A stretch of 64,000 nt of DNA from the human T2T-CHM13v2.0 reference genome, Homo sapiens: NCBI RefSeq assembly GCF_009914755.1, contig NC_060928.1. One strand, 5' to 3'. Positions 43,845 to 57,200 of the stretch are shown piece after piece. The number at the start of each line of letters is the position of its first letter. The stretch's first letter is position 1. Under the pieces are notes generated by a model. The model saw only the letters and a list, made by a program, of their open reading frames with translations, was not told the origin of the DNA and did no database searches. The position numbers and the translations under genes are program-made.

Positions 43845-44120
43845 CAATATTCTCCAAATCGTATTCATTTACATCTCCCTTTCACAATCTTTGCTAATCT
43901 GCAAACTACCTATATTGTTATCTACTGAGCATCTTTCTTTAAATGAAATTCAAGTTGACTCACATTTTTTACTTTGCCTAATCCTAAGTGATAATAACCA
44001 TGAGATAATTTGTTTCATAAACTGGTTACATTTTTTCTACATAACTTAAAATTAAAATGTATATATTCATCTGTGTGCCACTTAAAAATCATCATTCCGG
44101 CTACGCTCTGGGAACCATTG
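43845..44120. mobile_element. MER112/MER113-like hAT-Charlie relic
   Basis: Ends caatattctccaaa.. and ..ctctgggaaccattg. Internal gactcac..tttttact..atcctaag..aataa. Confidence 0.55.
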
Positions 44121-44421
44121 TTTTAGCCATCTCTGATTAACTTCAACTCTTTACCTTTGGTTCTCAGCTATATAGAAAAGGCAAAGGGATCTCTGATGGA
44201 AAGGACAATTTTATCGGTCACTTACTTTAGCAACACCCTGACATCTAAATGTGCAAGGGTTCTAACCCTGGGCCCATAGGCAGCTACTATTTTATTGGTC
44301 CCCACTGACTTTTTTACTCTTTCCAGCACTCATGATCTGAATAAGCAACTTGAGGTTGGGCATGGTAAATATCACAGGCCCTTACATGACTTTGAGGCTG
44401 TGAAACTCCTCAAAGTTTCTG

Positions 44422-44467
44422 GTCATTCTCATCCATGTGAACTAGTCATTCTCATCCATGTGGACTA
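44422..44467. repeat. 23-bp tandem duplication
   Basis: gtcattctcatccatgtgaacta / gtcattctcatccatgtggacta. Confidence 0.95.
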
Positions 44468-44889
44468 GAATATAAATGTGCAAAGGCTGTTGGACTAGTC
44501 CCAATGCCCCACAGCATTTTGGGATACTTTTGATCCTCAACATAAGCTTTTAAGTAGGAACATTTAAAGCCATTCTTCCTGTGTCATTCACAAAATCAAG
44601 ACTCAAAACATGATCCCTCTGGGACAAAGAAGTTTACCTCTGCCTCATCTAGCAAGTAGTTGCAAGTCCACAATAAACCAGCTTCCAGTTTTGGGAACAT
44701 ATTTTTGTCCCTTCAATTACTGCCCAAATTCAAGGAAATGCCATAAACAAGTAAATCTTAACTTTGTCACAACATTGGATAAAATACTCCCTGGCTTCTT
44801 TGAGAATAAGCTGTTACTTAGAGGTGAATTACTAATAGTTAAAAATCACTGTAACCAGGAAGTATTGACTAATGAGTCAGTATCTACAA

Positions 44890-45160
44890 GAGTGATCATA
44901 GCCCAGTTGTGTTACAGCGAAAAACACAGGTTCAAATTTTCCCCTGATTTAATTCCAACTCTGCCTAAGTATCTTGGGTAAATTGTTTTATTTCCCTCAT
45001 ATTATTAGTCATTTAGTTTTCCCACGAATAGATAGGATAATATTGGTAGCTACCTTGTAGAGTTGTTGTAGGAATTAAATGAGCTAATTCATTTGAAATT
45101 CTTAGAACAAAAACTCACACATGCTAAGTACTTAATTAACACTAGCTATTACTATTGTAG
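44890..45160 (+). mobile_element. MIR
   Basis: ccaactctgcc..tcttgggtaaatt..tacct..agagttgttgtaggaattaaatgagctaat..cttagaaca. Confidence 0.75.
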
Positions 45161-45329
45161 GTAATTATGATAATTTTTTGATGAATGTCAATATGAGAGG
45201 TCTGTACTGGGTGCCACAGACTCTATCCAGATCCACATGTTTGCCAGTTCCTTCCTTCAAGGTACAAAAATCACACAGCCTTAACTAGGTATGGACGAGT
45301 GAAGTTAAGAGAAAGACCTCATACAATAG

Positions 45330-45640
45330 ATGTCAGAATGAAAATTCCAAGACACCTTGACAAAGAGAAACTTAGGCACAGAGCCAAGAAAACTTAATTT
45401 AACAAGAATAAAAGTAAAGTCCTACATGGTCAACTGTAATCAAGCAAGAAAATCTAACTTCCTGAAGTCTAAGTTGGCCAGTAGCTAATAAGCGGTACCT
45501 GGCTGAAACAGCAGCGCAAAAGCCATCGAGACCTTACCCCGAGAAAACAAGATAAAGTTCCCTTATCCTGTGAAGGAACGTATCCTTCTGAGGAAACAAG
45601 ATCACATCTATCATATTGCACTCAGTTCTTGGCACCTCAC
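45330..45640 (+). mobile_element. L3/CR1 remnant; continues at ~46398-46460 after the L1
   Basis: atttaacaagaataaaagtaaagtcctaca and tattgcactcagttcttggcacc.cactttaagagga..agactggag, which are CR1-type RT 3' motifs. Confidence 0.55.
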
Positions 45641-46397
45641 TTTTTTTAAATTTTACTTTAAGTTCTAGGATACATGTGCAGAACGTGCAGGTTTTTGCAT
45701 AGGTATATATGTGCCATGGTGGTTTGCTGCACCTATCATCCCGTCATATAGGTTTTAAGTCCCGCATGCATTAGGTATTTGTCCTAATGCTATCCCTCTT
45801 CTTGCTCCCACCCCGACAGGCTTCGGTGTGTGATGTTCCCCTCCCTGTGTCCATGTGTTCTCATTGTTCAACTCCCACTTATGAGTGAGAACATGCAGTG
45901 TTTGGTTTTCTGTTCCTGTGTTAGTTTGCTGAGAATGATGGCTTCCAGCTTCAACCATGTCCCTGCAAAGGATGTGAACTCATTCTTTTTTTATGGCTGC
46001 ATAGTATTTCATGGTGTATGTGTGCCACATTTTCTTTATCCTGTCTATCATTAATGGGCATTCAGGTTGGCTACAAGTCTTTGCTATTGTAAATAGTTCT
46101 GCAATAAACATACGTGTGCATGTGTCTTTCTAGTAGAATGATTTATAATCCTTTGGGTATATACCCAGTAATGGGATTGCTGGGTCAAATGGTATTTCTG
46201 GTTCTAGATCCTTGAGGAACTGCCACACTGTCTTCCACAATGGTTGAACTAATTTACACTCCCACCAACAGTGTAAAAGCGTCCCTATTTCTCCACAGCC
46301 TCGCCAGCATCTGTTGTCTCCTGACTTTTTGATAATCGCCATTCTAACTGGTGTGAGATGATATCTCATTGTGGTTTCAATTTGCATTTCTCTAATG
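45641..46397 (-). mobile_element. L1PA7/8-like 3' fragment
   Basis: ORF 46130-46387 encodes the ORF2 C-terminus ([33 protein letters not shown]). TSD cttgg(c/t)acc(t/c)cacttt. Confidence 0.95.
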
Positions 46398-46844
46398 CTT
46401 GGTACCCCACTTTAAGAGGAATAAGGTTAATAAGACTGGAGAAAAATCTAGAAACCAAGTCACCTGATAAAAAGTTCAAGATATTTAGGATAATTCTGCA
46501 AAACAAGAGAACCAAGTCGAACAATATTTATGAATGCCTACAACACACCAGGCTGTCCTGCGTGCCAGGAATAACATGATGAACAAGACAGACAGTACCT
46601 TTGCCCACAATAAGCTTCCATCCCAGTGTCGGGGGAAGATATAATAAACACGCAAAGGAATAACATAGACGACCTCGGGCTCGGAGAAGTGCTGAGAGGA
46701 AGACAAAATAGCTTCTGCAATACTCCAAGTAGAAATGATGTAATGAGGACCAGATGGAAATAAGGAAAAAATGACATATTTGAGGTAAAGCAGTTATCAG
46801 AGTGCCTGGCACATGGTAAGTCTCTATAGCTGGTGCAATAACAC

Positions 46845-47080
46845 AAGCAAATGCTTCTCCAGGACTTCTAAGTGCCAGACACTGCTCTAAGCACCCTATA
46901 TATATCTTCATCCCTGTCAGAGAGGAACTCTTATTACCCCATTTCATAGATGAGACCACTGAGGCACAGGGTACTCACTAAGTTACCCACAATCACTCTA
47001 GTTACAAGCTTGTGAGGCTCTGCAGTAGGAAGTCTGTCTCCAAAGCCTAGGCTCTTGGCCATGTTATGTCGCCTTCCAAC
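46845..47080 (-). mobile_element. MIR
   Basis: gtgccagacactgctctaagcac..ttattaccccatttcatagatgag..actgaggcacag. Confidence 0.8.
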
Positions 47081-49390
47081 CACTGAAGAGTTATCTCATT
47101 GAAAGGAAGTATCTGCGTTCAAAGATGGGCCAGAAGGAAGAAAATCAAAGTTAGGAAGTTTCTTTAAGGTCTAGAAAAGAGCTTTGTGATGGTCATTAGA
47201 CACCCGGTGTGTTTCCAGCACCCTGGGAGACATTAGACTGTAGAGAAATCCAGGCTGATATTCAGAACAGACTTGCAGCAAGTGGGACAACATTCCCATG
47301 ATATAAAATTATGTTATCATGTGCACTGGTTTCCCTTCCTCACTCTGCTCTTTCCTTCCCCTTCAATGACCTTGTTACCTATATCTGGAACATCTGATCT
47401 TGAAAAGGATCTACATGTGATAAAGGAAAAATGCAAGATTCAACTTAGTGCTTTCCTCACGGAAATTTTTTTTAATAAAATGTTACAGTAGTCCAGCTTC
47501 TGGGAAATGATCAGTTTGCAAGTTAAAGAAAAGATATAAAACTTCACTCGCAGTACGTAGAAAACTTCATTTACAAAACGGGCCTGGTGTGAAAACGCTT
47601 GCTTTCAAAAAAGTAAAACAAAGCTGCTGAATCTTCTTTTGCTACATTCCTGAAGGATATATTTCCTGGATATCTTCTGTCCAACTCTCTCAGTTGCACT
47701 TCTGTCCTCTGATATCATTAGGTGAAGTGTGATGTTGTAAAAGAACTGCTAAGCTACCTGGAATTGGGGATGAAAATTCTAGGATGCCAATGGATTTGAA
47801 ACCAATAACAGCAATTATGATAGTAACAGAACATAATAACATGTTTGGCACTGTTTTAAGTATTTCACCCAGAGTTTGGTACTTTTATTATCCCCAATTT
47901 GGAAATTAGGAAACTGACTTCTTAAGGAAAATATGTAAATTTACTGGGAAAAAATATTCTGTTTTCCAGTGAGATAACAGAAGATCCAGTGGTGAGCATT
48001 AAACTAATTTTCTTTCCCGCCTCCCATGGGTCTTTTAAGAACTCTGAAACTAATATTGAAGAGATGTTTAAGAAATTAATCCACTGATCTTTACCAGGTG
48101 CTTAATCCATACCTGGTATTGTGGGAGGTGCCTTAGTTTTACAACTAATCTCATCAGGTTCCCAAGGGCAGAAATGGTGCCTCCCCAGGCAGGACCTAGT
48201 TGAAGGCTGCACATGCAGCAGGTATTCAATAAATATTAGCTGGTGGATTGGTGTCCATCCTCTGGGCCCAGCCTTGGCTTGGGCAGGTGAAAGTAATGAT
48301 GCTGCTCTTGGTGCTGGTGGCAGTCTCTCCTCCTCACGTGCACCCTCTATTTCATCCTTCAGAGCTGACCTGAAATTCCACTTGGCTCAAAACACATAGA
48401 ATGAGGCACTGAATCCCAATATGGCTCAAAGACAGCCCAGCTAAAATCATTTTCTAGGGTCAAGAAACAGCTTTCTTCAGAAGAGAAATGATGAGGAAGA
48501 AAGAGAGAGGGATAAGAAGCGGCAGAAAAGGAAGGAAAATAAAATAGACAAAAGAAGTCAGGAAAAAGAAGCCTCAGAAAGAGGAGAGGTGTGTCCTACT
48601 CCTATCCTCATCTGGGTTGTACTTTGAGGTGCTTGAAAGGCACTGTTTTCTGAGAATATTTTGTTCACGGTATAACAGGTGGAGAGGCTTAATTATTATT
48701 TTAACAATGTGTTCGAGAAAAGTACAGAGACTGATCTATACAATTATTCTCCTCAAACACAGGCATTTGCCTGTTTTCACACATCTAAAATGAAATCATC
48801 AGATGTACCAAATGTTGACATTTTTCCCTCATGAAATACCAGACAGTTCCTGAAACTTGAGTAATTATGTCCTTCACCACCCTCCAAAAATAAATAAATA
48901 AATAAATAAACCTCAACCTGTCACAATGTAATTCCAAAATCATTACAATTCTCAAGTCATATACCTGTGAAACAGAGAGGTGGATGATTTTTCCTCTTAA
49001 AACTGAAGACTAAGTCAGGCTCATATTTACAAAGCAAACCTTGGAATTTTCCTAAAAGAAAAGAAAAAGATAAGATGAGCAGCCTCCAGTACCCTAGAAA
49101 TGCTCATCTATAAAATTGCAGTATTCTGAACATACACAATCAATATGTAGCCACGGTTCCTTCTCAAGGGTAGAGATGGTGGTGTTGTATTTCTCCCCTC
49201 ACCAGTACGAGAAGCAAGTTAGAGCAGCTGCCAACTTTCAGTTTAAAGATTAAGCTCTTTGTATGGGTGATTTATTGAATGTTTATAGCTAGAAAGAACA
49301 AATTCTTTTTCTTTTTAAGTTGATAATATTACTTTCTTTCAGGGCTCTAGAATTTTTAACTTTTTCCTCTCTTTTAAAGTGGTAAAAGCA

Positions 49391-49562
49391 CTAATGTGTC
49401 ATCTAGCATTAGGTATATCTCCCAATGCTATCCCTCCCCCCTCCCCCGACCCCACCACAGTCCCCAGAGTGTGATATTCCCCAGCGCACCAGCATAGCAC
49501 ATGTATACATATGTAACTAACCTGCACAATGTGCACATGTACCCTAAAACTTAGAGTATAAT
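49391..49562 (+). mobile_element. L1HS-Ta, extremely 5'-truncated, with a 5' inversion (twin priming)
   Basis: Antisense 3'UTR segment 49389-49482 joined to sense segment 49483-49562. Ta diagnostics GATGAC-ACA-TTAG and CTTAGAGTATAAT. Perfect TSD aaagtggtaaaagca at 49376-90 and 49563-77. Confidence 0.93.
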
Positions 49563-50049
49563 AAAGTGGTAAAAGCATTATATGTATGAAGAATCATCCC
49601 TAGGTCAGATTCTACTTACACATATTTGGAAAGGGGAGAGGAGGGGAAAAAAGAAAAAAAAATTATTAAAGTAATATTTGGCTACCCATGTACAGCAAGT
49701 TCAATTTGAATGTTCATGAATTTGTGGCATGTTAATATCTCTGCTGAACATGCCAATGATCAGCCCTACAAACTGTGTGCAGATGGGAGACTTTAGCCTT
49801 GTGTGGGGCACAGAGAGGGTGGGCAAAAGAAGAGGGCAGGAGAGACAGTGACAAAGAGCAAGAGAGAGATAAGAAACACACAAATAGAGACAGAGAGACC
49901 TAGTGCCAAATGTCTCAGGATGCAAAGAGGACCCTTCTGCGAATCCAGTAAGTTAGAGTCAAGCAACGTCAGAATAGGTATTTGGGTTTCAAATAACTTC
50001 ACCTCTCGCCTACTACAGCTGTGCCTCCCATGAGTCAGGATCTTCTAGT

Positions 50050-50290
50050 TATTAATAACATGGGCTCTTCTGGATCGGACCACCTGGGTTCAAATCCATA
50101 ATGTGCCACATCCTGACTGCGTGACCTTGGGCAGTGTATTCCCACTCTCTGGATCTTGGTGTCCTTCACTGCCTAGAGCCTACCTACCAGGGTTGTTGGG
50201 ATAATTAACTGAGTATGAATGCCAGTAAAGGACTTAAAACAGTGCCTGTCAGGTGGTGAGGAAGGGCTCCATAAACATTTGCTGCTATTC
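50050..50290 (+). mobile_element. MIR
   Basis: cctgggttcaaatcc..ctgcgtgaccttgggcag..cctacct..agggttgttggga..aattaactgag..acagtgcctg. Confidence 0.8.
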
Positions 50291-50859
50291 CTCACACTTT
50301 ATTATGGCGCAATAGTCTCCAAAGATCGGTTTTTGAGTACCCATTGGAGCCACTTGGAGCACACGCTCCTTTTCTGGGGCACGATGGCTCTTTCAACCCA
50401 TTCAGTGCCTCTGGTTGCCAGAACCATGGGCAGGGCTGCCAGGAGAGAACAGCTACTTGCCTGCAAAAAAAAAATGAAAATAAAAAAATTAAAAAATTAA
50501 AAATAAAATTTAAAAAAACTGTATACCTCCTGGAACCACTGAGGCTGCTTCTGCACGTGCAGTCAGCAGCAGTTTCCAGATGAGCATCTATTTGCGGAAA
50601 AGCTTAATGTACCTTTTCCTTAAATACAGTTTTTTAAAAATTGCCAAACATTACTCTTCCTACAATGAGTATCATGCAACTGCAATTTCTGTTGCTTCTT
50701 TAGGGACTTCTAGCTTTTCAGGTAACCAGATGCCATGAGTACTAGTCCCCTTTGCCTATGCACTTTAAGTTGGTGTCACTTGGCATCTGCAAATGCCCTT
50801 ATTGGCTCAAGGTGATGATGATGATGGCGGCAGTGGTAGTGCTGGTGATGCAATGATGA

Positions 50860-51080
50860 TGGCTAATGTTTATTGAGCACGCTCTGTGAGCTGGCATTTC
50901 TCTAAGTGCTTCACCTAGATCATCTCATTTATTTATCATAGCCATCAGATGAGGGGAGCAGTCTTTTTATGCCCATTATACAGATAAAAACACTGAGGTG
51001 CTGAGGAATTTGGTAATTTGCTCACAGTCACACAGCTAGTAAGTGCTGAGTCTAGGATCTTCACTCTTAACCACCATGTT
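50860..51080 (-). mobile_element. MIR
   Basis: gctaatgtttattgagcac..tctaagtgcttcac..atctcattta..acagat..actgagg..gtcacacagctagtaagt. Confidence 0.85.
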
Positions 51081-51302
51081 AAGCTACCTATAAAATTACC
51101 TAAAAGGAAAATCATGGGTTTGGAGTTCAGGAGCCCCAGGTTCTGGTCCTGGTTCTGCCATCAACTACCTTTTTAACTGTTTAACTTAACCTGGCTTAGG
51201 TAAGTTTACTTAAAATCTTTGGTTTCAGTATCTCCCTCTAAGAAAGAGAAGCTTTTACAGTAAATGTCTGCTGTGATCCCTTCAAGATCAACAATTATAT
51301 GA

Positions 51303-51915
51303 TCATTCATTCATTTATCCACCCAGCAAATAATAATGGAGGATTAGACGTCTATTAAAATATAGGCACTTTGTTGGTCTTTATGCAACATGGGTAAAAA
51401 ATATACAGAACTATGTTCCCTTCATGGTTCTCATAGTCTAGCAGAGGAGATAATGTTAAGTAAGCATACCAGCAAATATATAATCACAAATGTTTGATAA
51501 ATGCCCTGAAGAATAAGTACTGGAGTCTCTTGAACGAGAATAACATGAGGGATCTGATTTAGATATAGGAATCTTTTGAAGATGGAATATTTAAAATAAG
51601 GTTTGCAGGATGAGTATAAGTTGATTAATTAAAGCTTGTAGGAAAAGGTATTCCAGGTTGAGGGAACAGCATATATCCAAAAGCCTGAGATGGCAAAGAA
51701 CATGCCAATTATCCTCTATATGGACTGTGTGCAGCTCTAATATAATTCCAATGTGTAAGGCAATGGCATAATATAATTCCAAAGTAATTAAAATTCCAGG
51801 AACTGAGGAAGAGCAACACAGCTAAGACACTGTGAGCAGGGGGAGAAAAATGGTACCAGATAGAGCTGAGAGGCAGGCAAGTGCCATATAGTTTGTGTGC
51901 TTGTCCATTCATGTC
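51303..51915 (-). mobile_element. L2 remnant
   Basis: tcattcattcatttatcc..atagtctag..attccagg..gagggaacagcat..caaaagcctgag. Confidence 0.75.
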
Positions 51916-52249
51916 CTATATTCTAAGGCTACCTTAGAATCCTAATAACCGGTGCAGTAGGGAAGCCTTCCCTGTTCCCATCCCCAAGGACTCCATCTTC
52001 ACATCAGGCTTTCCCCAAAGAAACGAAAGGTGAGTCTGGAGATCAGGCAAAGGCACTAACTCTTAAGGAACCCCTAGGCACATTATGAATGTATGTAATA
52101 CCGCTGAACTATTAGTGCTTTGACATTCCCCTTTATCATTCTCCTCACCAACAGGGATGGTCCTGGGGGAAATGCAGAGTAAAGAAGGAAGAAATGAACT
52201 ACCTGGATAATTCAAGTAAAGGTCCCAATGTGATCTTAAAATCTGACCT

Positions 52250-52987
52250 AACCACCTTGCACCCATAAGGATGGTTACTATCAAAGAAACTGAAAATAAC
52301 AAGTGTTGGAGAGGATGTAGAGAAACTGAAACCCTCGTGCACAGTTGGTGGTAATATAAAAGGGTAGAGTGGTGGTGGAAAACAATATAGTGGTTGCTCA
52401 AAATATTAAAAATAGAACTGCCATATGATCTAGCAATTCCACTTCTGGGTATATATCCAAAAGACTTCAGCAGGGTCTCAAAAATATATTTATACACCCC
52501 TATTCATGTCAGCATTATTCACAATAGCTAAAAGGTGAACACAAACCAAGTGTCCATCAACAGATGAATGAATAATCAAAATGTAGTGTATCCACACAAT
52601 CGAACATTATCCAGCCTTAAAAAGGAAGGAAATGCTGACACACGCTACAACATGGATGAACCTTGAGGACATCTTGCTAAAGTGAAATAAGCCAGTCACC
52701 AAAAGACAAACACTGTGTGATTCCACTTACGCAAGCTACTTGGAGTAGTCAAAATCATAGAGACAGAAAGTAGAACGCTGGTTGCCAGGGGTTAGGGGTT
52801 GCAGGGAGTGGGAAATGAAAAATCATCTGTTAGAGCTTCAGTTTGAAGCTCTAAGATGAAAACAGTTCCGGAGACGGATGGTGGCTGCAAAAATTACAAA
52901 TATATTTAATATCGCTGAACTATATGCTGAGAAATCGTTAGAATGGTAATTTCTATGCTATGTGTATTTTATCATAATAAAAAAATT
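52250..52987 (+). mobile_element. L1MB-type 3' fragment (L1MB3-like)
   Basis: aataacaagtgttggagaggatgtagagaaactg..aaaggaaggaaatgctgacacacgctacaacatggatgaaccttgagg..atagagacagaaagtaga..tgtgtattttatcataataaaa. Confidence 0.92.
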
Positions 52988-53887
52988 GAGGGAGGGAGAC
53001 TTGATCTAAATGATTCAGAATGGTCCTGAAATAGATACCTGAATTCTCCATTCACTCTGCGCATGTAAACATAAACCCATCAGGAAGTTCCACCACACCC
53101 CTGAGAAAGCTGTAAGTGCTGTAGCTCGCCTTCTGACAAGACTATGAAATAAGAAGCACTTGGCAATTGTCCTCTTCACACTTCCAGGCTTTTCTAATGT
53201 CACCTCTTCCAGGAAGCCTTCCCTAATCACCTCTACTACAAATGAGAACTCCCCATTTTTTCACTTACATTCCTTGTATCACTTCTAGCATAGGCTATTA
53301 TCTTTCTGGCTTGTATTCACAATTTGTTCATGTGGTGGGAAGCACCTTGAGAAGAGAGGCCACCTTTATTTAGTCCAAAGTCTAAGCACCCGGCACCCTC
53401 ACTTTTCATGTATTTAGTTTAATGGATTAAGTCGTGGATAGCCCTATCTCTCTGTCACTGCCTACTATGCTCCACAGTGTCCCCACCAGACTGCCCTGAG
53501 CTCCCCACCAAAGAATTCCACCCAGCAGCAGTGCCTTCCACCATGTCCTGGCATCCTCCTCCCAAGCACACCTGCTCTGTATTTCATGTGTGCAAGCCCT
53601 TGCCACTTCCTGCTAGCTTACAAGGATGGGAAGTGGCCGATGCAATAAATAAATTCTTGCTAACGTAGTGCCTACTAAGGAGGTTATCTCCCAGGTAGCA
53701 TGATGCTGTGACATGCTTGAAATGTCTAGGGTTTCAGAAGATCTGTACAAGTTGTGACCCTTTGGTCAGTAATCGGCTTCTTTGCTGCAATCCAGGCTTT
53801 GGTAAAATCACAATACATGAGTGGCTCCCAACTCCACCCATGGATACAACAGGCCTGTAAGTAATCTAAAAAAATAAAATAAAATAT

Positions 53888-54246
<359 letters not shown>

Positions 54247-57200
54247 CTAATCTTCTCAATGCCCCATTAACTAGGTTTTATTATTCCCACTTTACAAAAA
54301 GGGAAACTTAGCCTCGAAGAGATGAAGTGACTTCCTCCATGCCATGTAGTTAGTTTGTGCCAAAGGCAGGATTCAGCTGCAGGTCTTCACAGCCTGGGCA
54401 TTTTCAATTCTACCAGCTCATTCCTCTAGAAATAGAGGCAAACTCCAGCCAGTGTTCAGCCCTCATTCCCTTCTCAAGCTCAGCCCATTTCCCACCGCTG
54501 GTGGACTACGATAAACAGCTGCAGCCCCTCAAGAGGAACATCAGTTTGTCCTTCATTGGAAAGAGGGTTTCAAATGAAGAGAAAGAAGGCTCCTGCAGGG
54601 TGCCTGAATACTGCCCTCTTCCATAAAATAGGGCAGCTCAGTTGTTCTTCAGATTCCACGAGATAAAAGGACTACACAGCTGCTGGATGAAGAAAGCAGC
54701 AGCCCCTCTATTTGTGCAGACCGTGGACAAAAGGCAGTGCTCAACAGTTCTCAACACAAACCAGTGACATTAACAAGGCATGAAAAAGTTATATGATCCC
54801 ACATCTGTGAATGAAGAATCGAGCTGTATGTATTCTCGGAGCAGAAATTACAACTCATCTAAATAGGGTCAACAGCAGCTTGGACGTGAATGAGGAAAGA
54901 GAAATAGCATCCAGTAGGAGACAGGTACCAGGCTATGTATTTCACATACTTGGTCTCTGAGCTTCCTTCAGAGGGATGCATTAACTAGAGTCCTGCTGTG
55001 CAGAAAAGTAAACTGAGGGTCATGGAGGCAATTCGCAAAAGGTTACATGACTAGTAAATGGCAGAGTTTGGAGCCATGCCCAGGTCTGTCTAGTTCCTAA
55101 GCCAATGCTTTTTCCATTATACGATAATGTCTCGCCTTTGCATGCTTTCTGGACTCCATTTGTTGTGATTTTCAGCTGCTTGGATGGATTGCACACTTGG
55201 ACATCCACCAAAAGCCGATCCTACATCTTTAGCCATCCACGTAAATGCTAGGCCAAATTCCAACCACCTTTTTAACAAGAGAACTCTCCAGCCTGAGTTA
55301 TGGAGCTTTAAAAAAAGAAAAAAAAGAAGGAAAAGGAGAAAGGCAAAAAGTAATTTCATCTCGCAGAGGAGGCCTGTGTGATTAGGATGGGTGTGGGTGG
55401 CCACAGCTGGCACAGATAAAAATCACAGCCCATCATGAGGACAATAAGGCCATAACTCCAACTTCTGAAGAATGCCATTCATTTATTCAACAATTATTTT
55501 TGAGTGCCTCATTTGAACATAGCAAAGCACCGTGGGAGTGAGAAAGAAGCAAAAAGCTTGGGCTCAACCCTTAGAGAGTACACAACACTCCCATTCAGAG
55601 TTCTTGGAGACGGGGATGTGTACAACCATACCAAGAAACATGAAAACTTTCAGCCACGCCTCGACGGACACCACTGATCTGAACTTGTATCCCACCTCTA
55701 AGTTTATATGTTTGATCCATGGCTCCACTAGCATTTCTTCCTTATTTTCCTGTTCTTTCTTTTATACTCCTCTAGTTCTATTTCCCTACTGTCTGGTGAA
55801 ATATGCAATGGAGTGGGAAAAATGTTGTCCTGGAGACAAAAGAACTATTCCCCATCCCAGCTCTGCAGTCCTCCAGACATGTGACCTTGGACCAGTCTTT
55901 GGGCCTCCCTGAACGTCCATTTGCTCACTGGTAACAGGATTGTAACAATCCCTTTCTCAAGGGTTATATGACAATTAATTGAGATGATAATAATACGAGA
56001 AAGTCCTCTGAAAATAGTAAACAGCTGGAAAAAATGTACGCCTTACCCCCAGTGCTAAGACTTATTAGATTACGTCAGTAGTTAATGTTTAGCTGAACGG
56101 AAGACCCTGCCAACTGAACATTATTCCTTTTGGTTTTCTTTGGGCAAAGGATGGCTAAGCAAAAAAGGAAAAGCAAGACAAAGAACAGTACTTTGTGAAA
56201 TCTTCCCCAAAAGGACAGCATTGTAAGTCTGCCGTGAATAAAGAGTGTAAATTATATTCAGCATGATATAAGTAATGACATATCAATTAACTGTGTCAAC
56301 AAGGTCTAAAAATATGCAAATTACTGTACTTCAATTAGAAAAATCTACATCCTTAGAGAATATTGTAAATCAGGAAATTTGGGAGACATTAAGAGTAATC
56401 AGTGAGGGAAAGCATGTACTTTTTGCTGTATCCTATTTTTATACATACATAATGAAATAATTATAGCTACACTGTATTTATGCCTCTGCAAAAATATTAA
56501 AATCTTAAGATCTTTACAATGATAAGTTAAATCTGTATTATGTTTTCAGACAACATTAATTATAAGAAAAAGAAATCTATTATCATTCAATATAAGTAAG
56601 TTGAAACTAATTTGGACATGTAAATTAGAAATGCTGTTTTTTTCAGCACCAGAACATTAGAAAAGAGAAAGCAAGAGGAGATATCTAGATCAATTACTGA
56701 GTCTATAAATGCAAATAGTTTAGCATATTTAAGTTGTAATGCAAATTTAAGGATGTTTAGTAACTTTTCTCACAAATATCAAACTATTTGGTATTTTAAT
56801 TTTTTGGATGCCTTCTGATTTTCTTTGTTTAACATGCATTTATCTGCTTTTGATGGAGTTGCCTTTACCTGAGCTGTCTTCTAGCTGCAACTCAACAACA
56901 CATAGCAGGACGCAAGGCCGGGAATGTATAAGGTGAAGTCAGTTTTCAATGACTTGGATCTCTACCACAGTAACATGGAGTGGTACCTTTGCTTTGAAAT
57001 TCAATTTGCATCAATTCTAGAGATGCCAGAAGAATGCAAGAAAAAGGAACACATGACTCAAATCAACATCTCACCTCTCCCCAGCCTTCCCTAGAAGGGC
57101 ATCGTGGCAGGGAGTGTCCCGCAGTGAGACCCCTGGGCAATGATCTGTTTTACCCTTCCTAATTGCAAGCTACCCAAGGTCTCATCAGGATTTGAAAATC

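Noticed and set aside
46130-46387. 85-aa ORF with a CCHC-like motif
   Set aside because: C-terminus of L1 ORF2 in a truncated element; not an independent gene.
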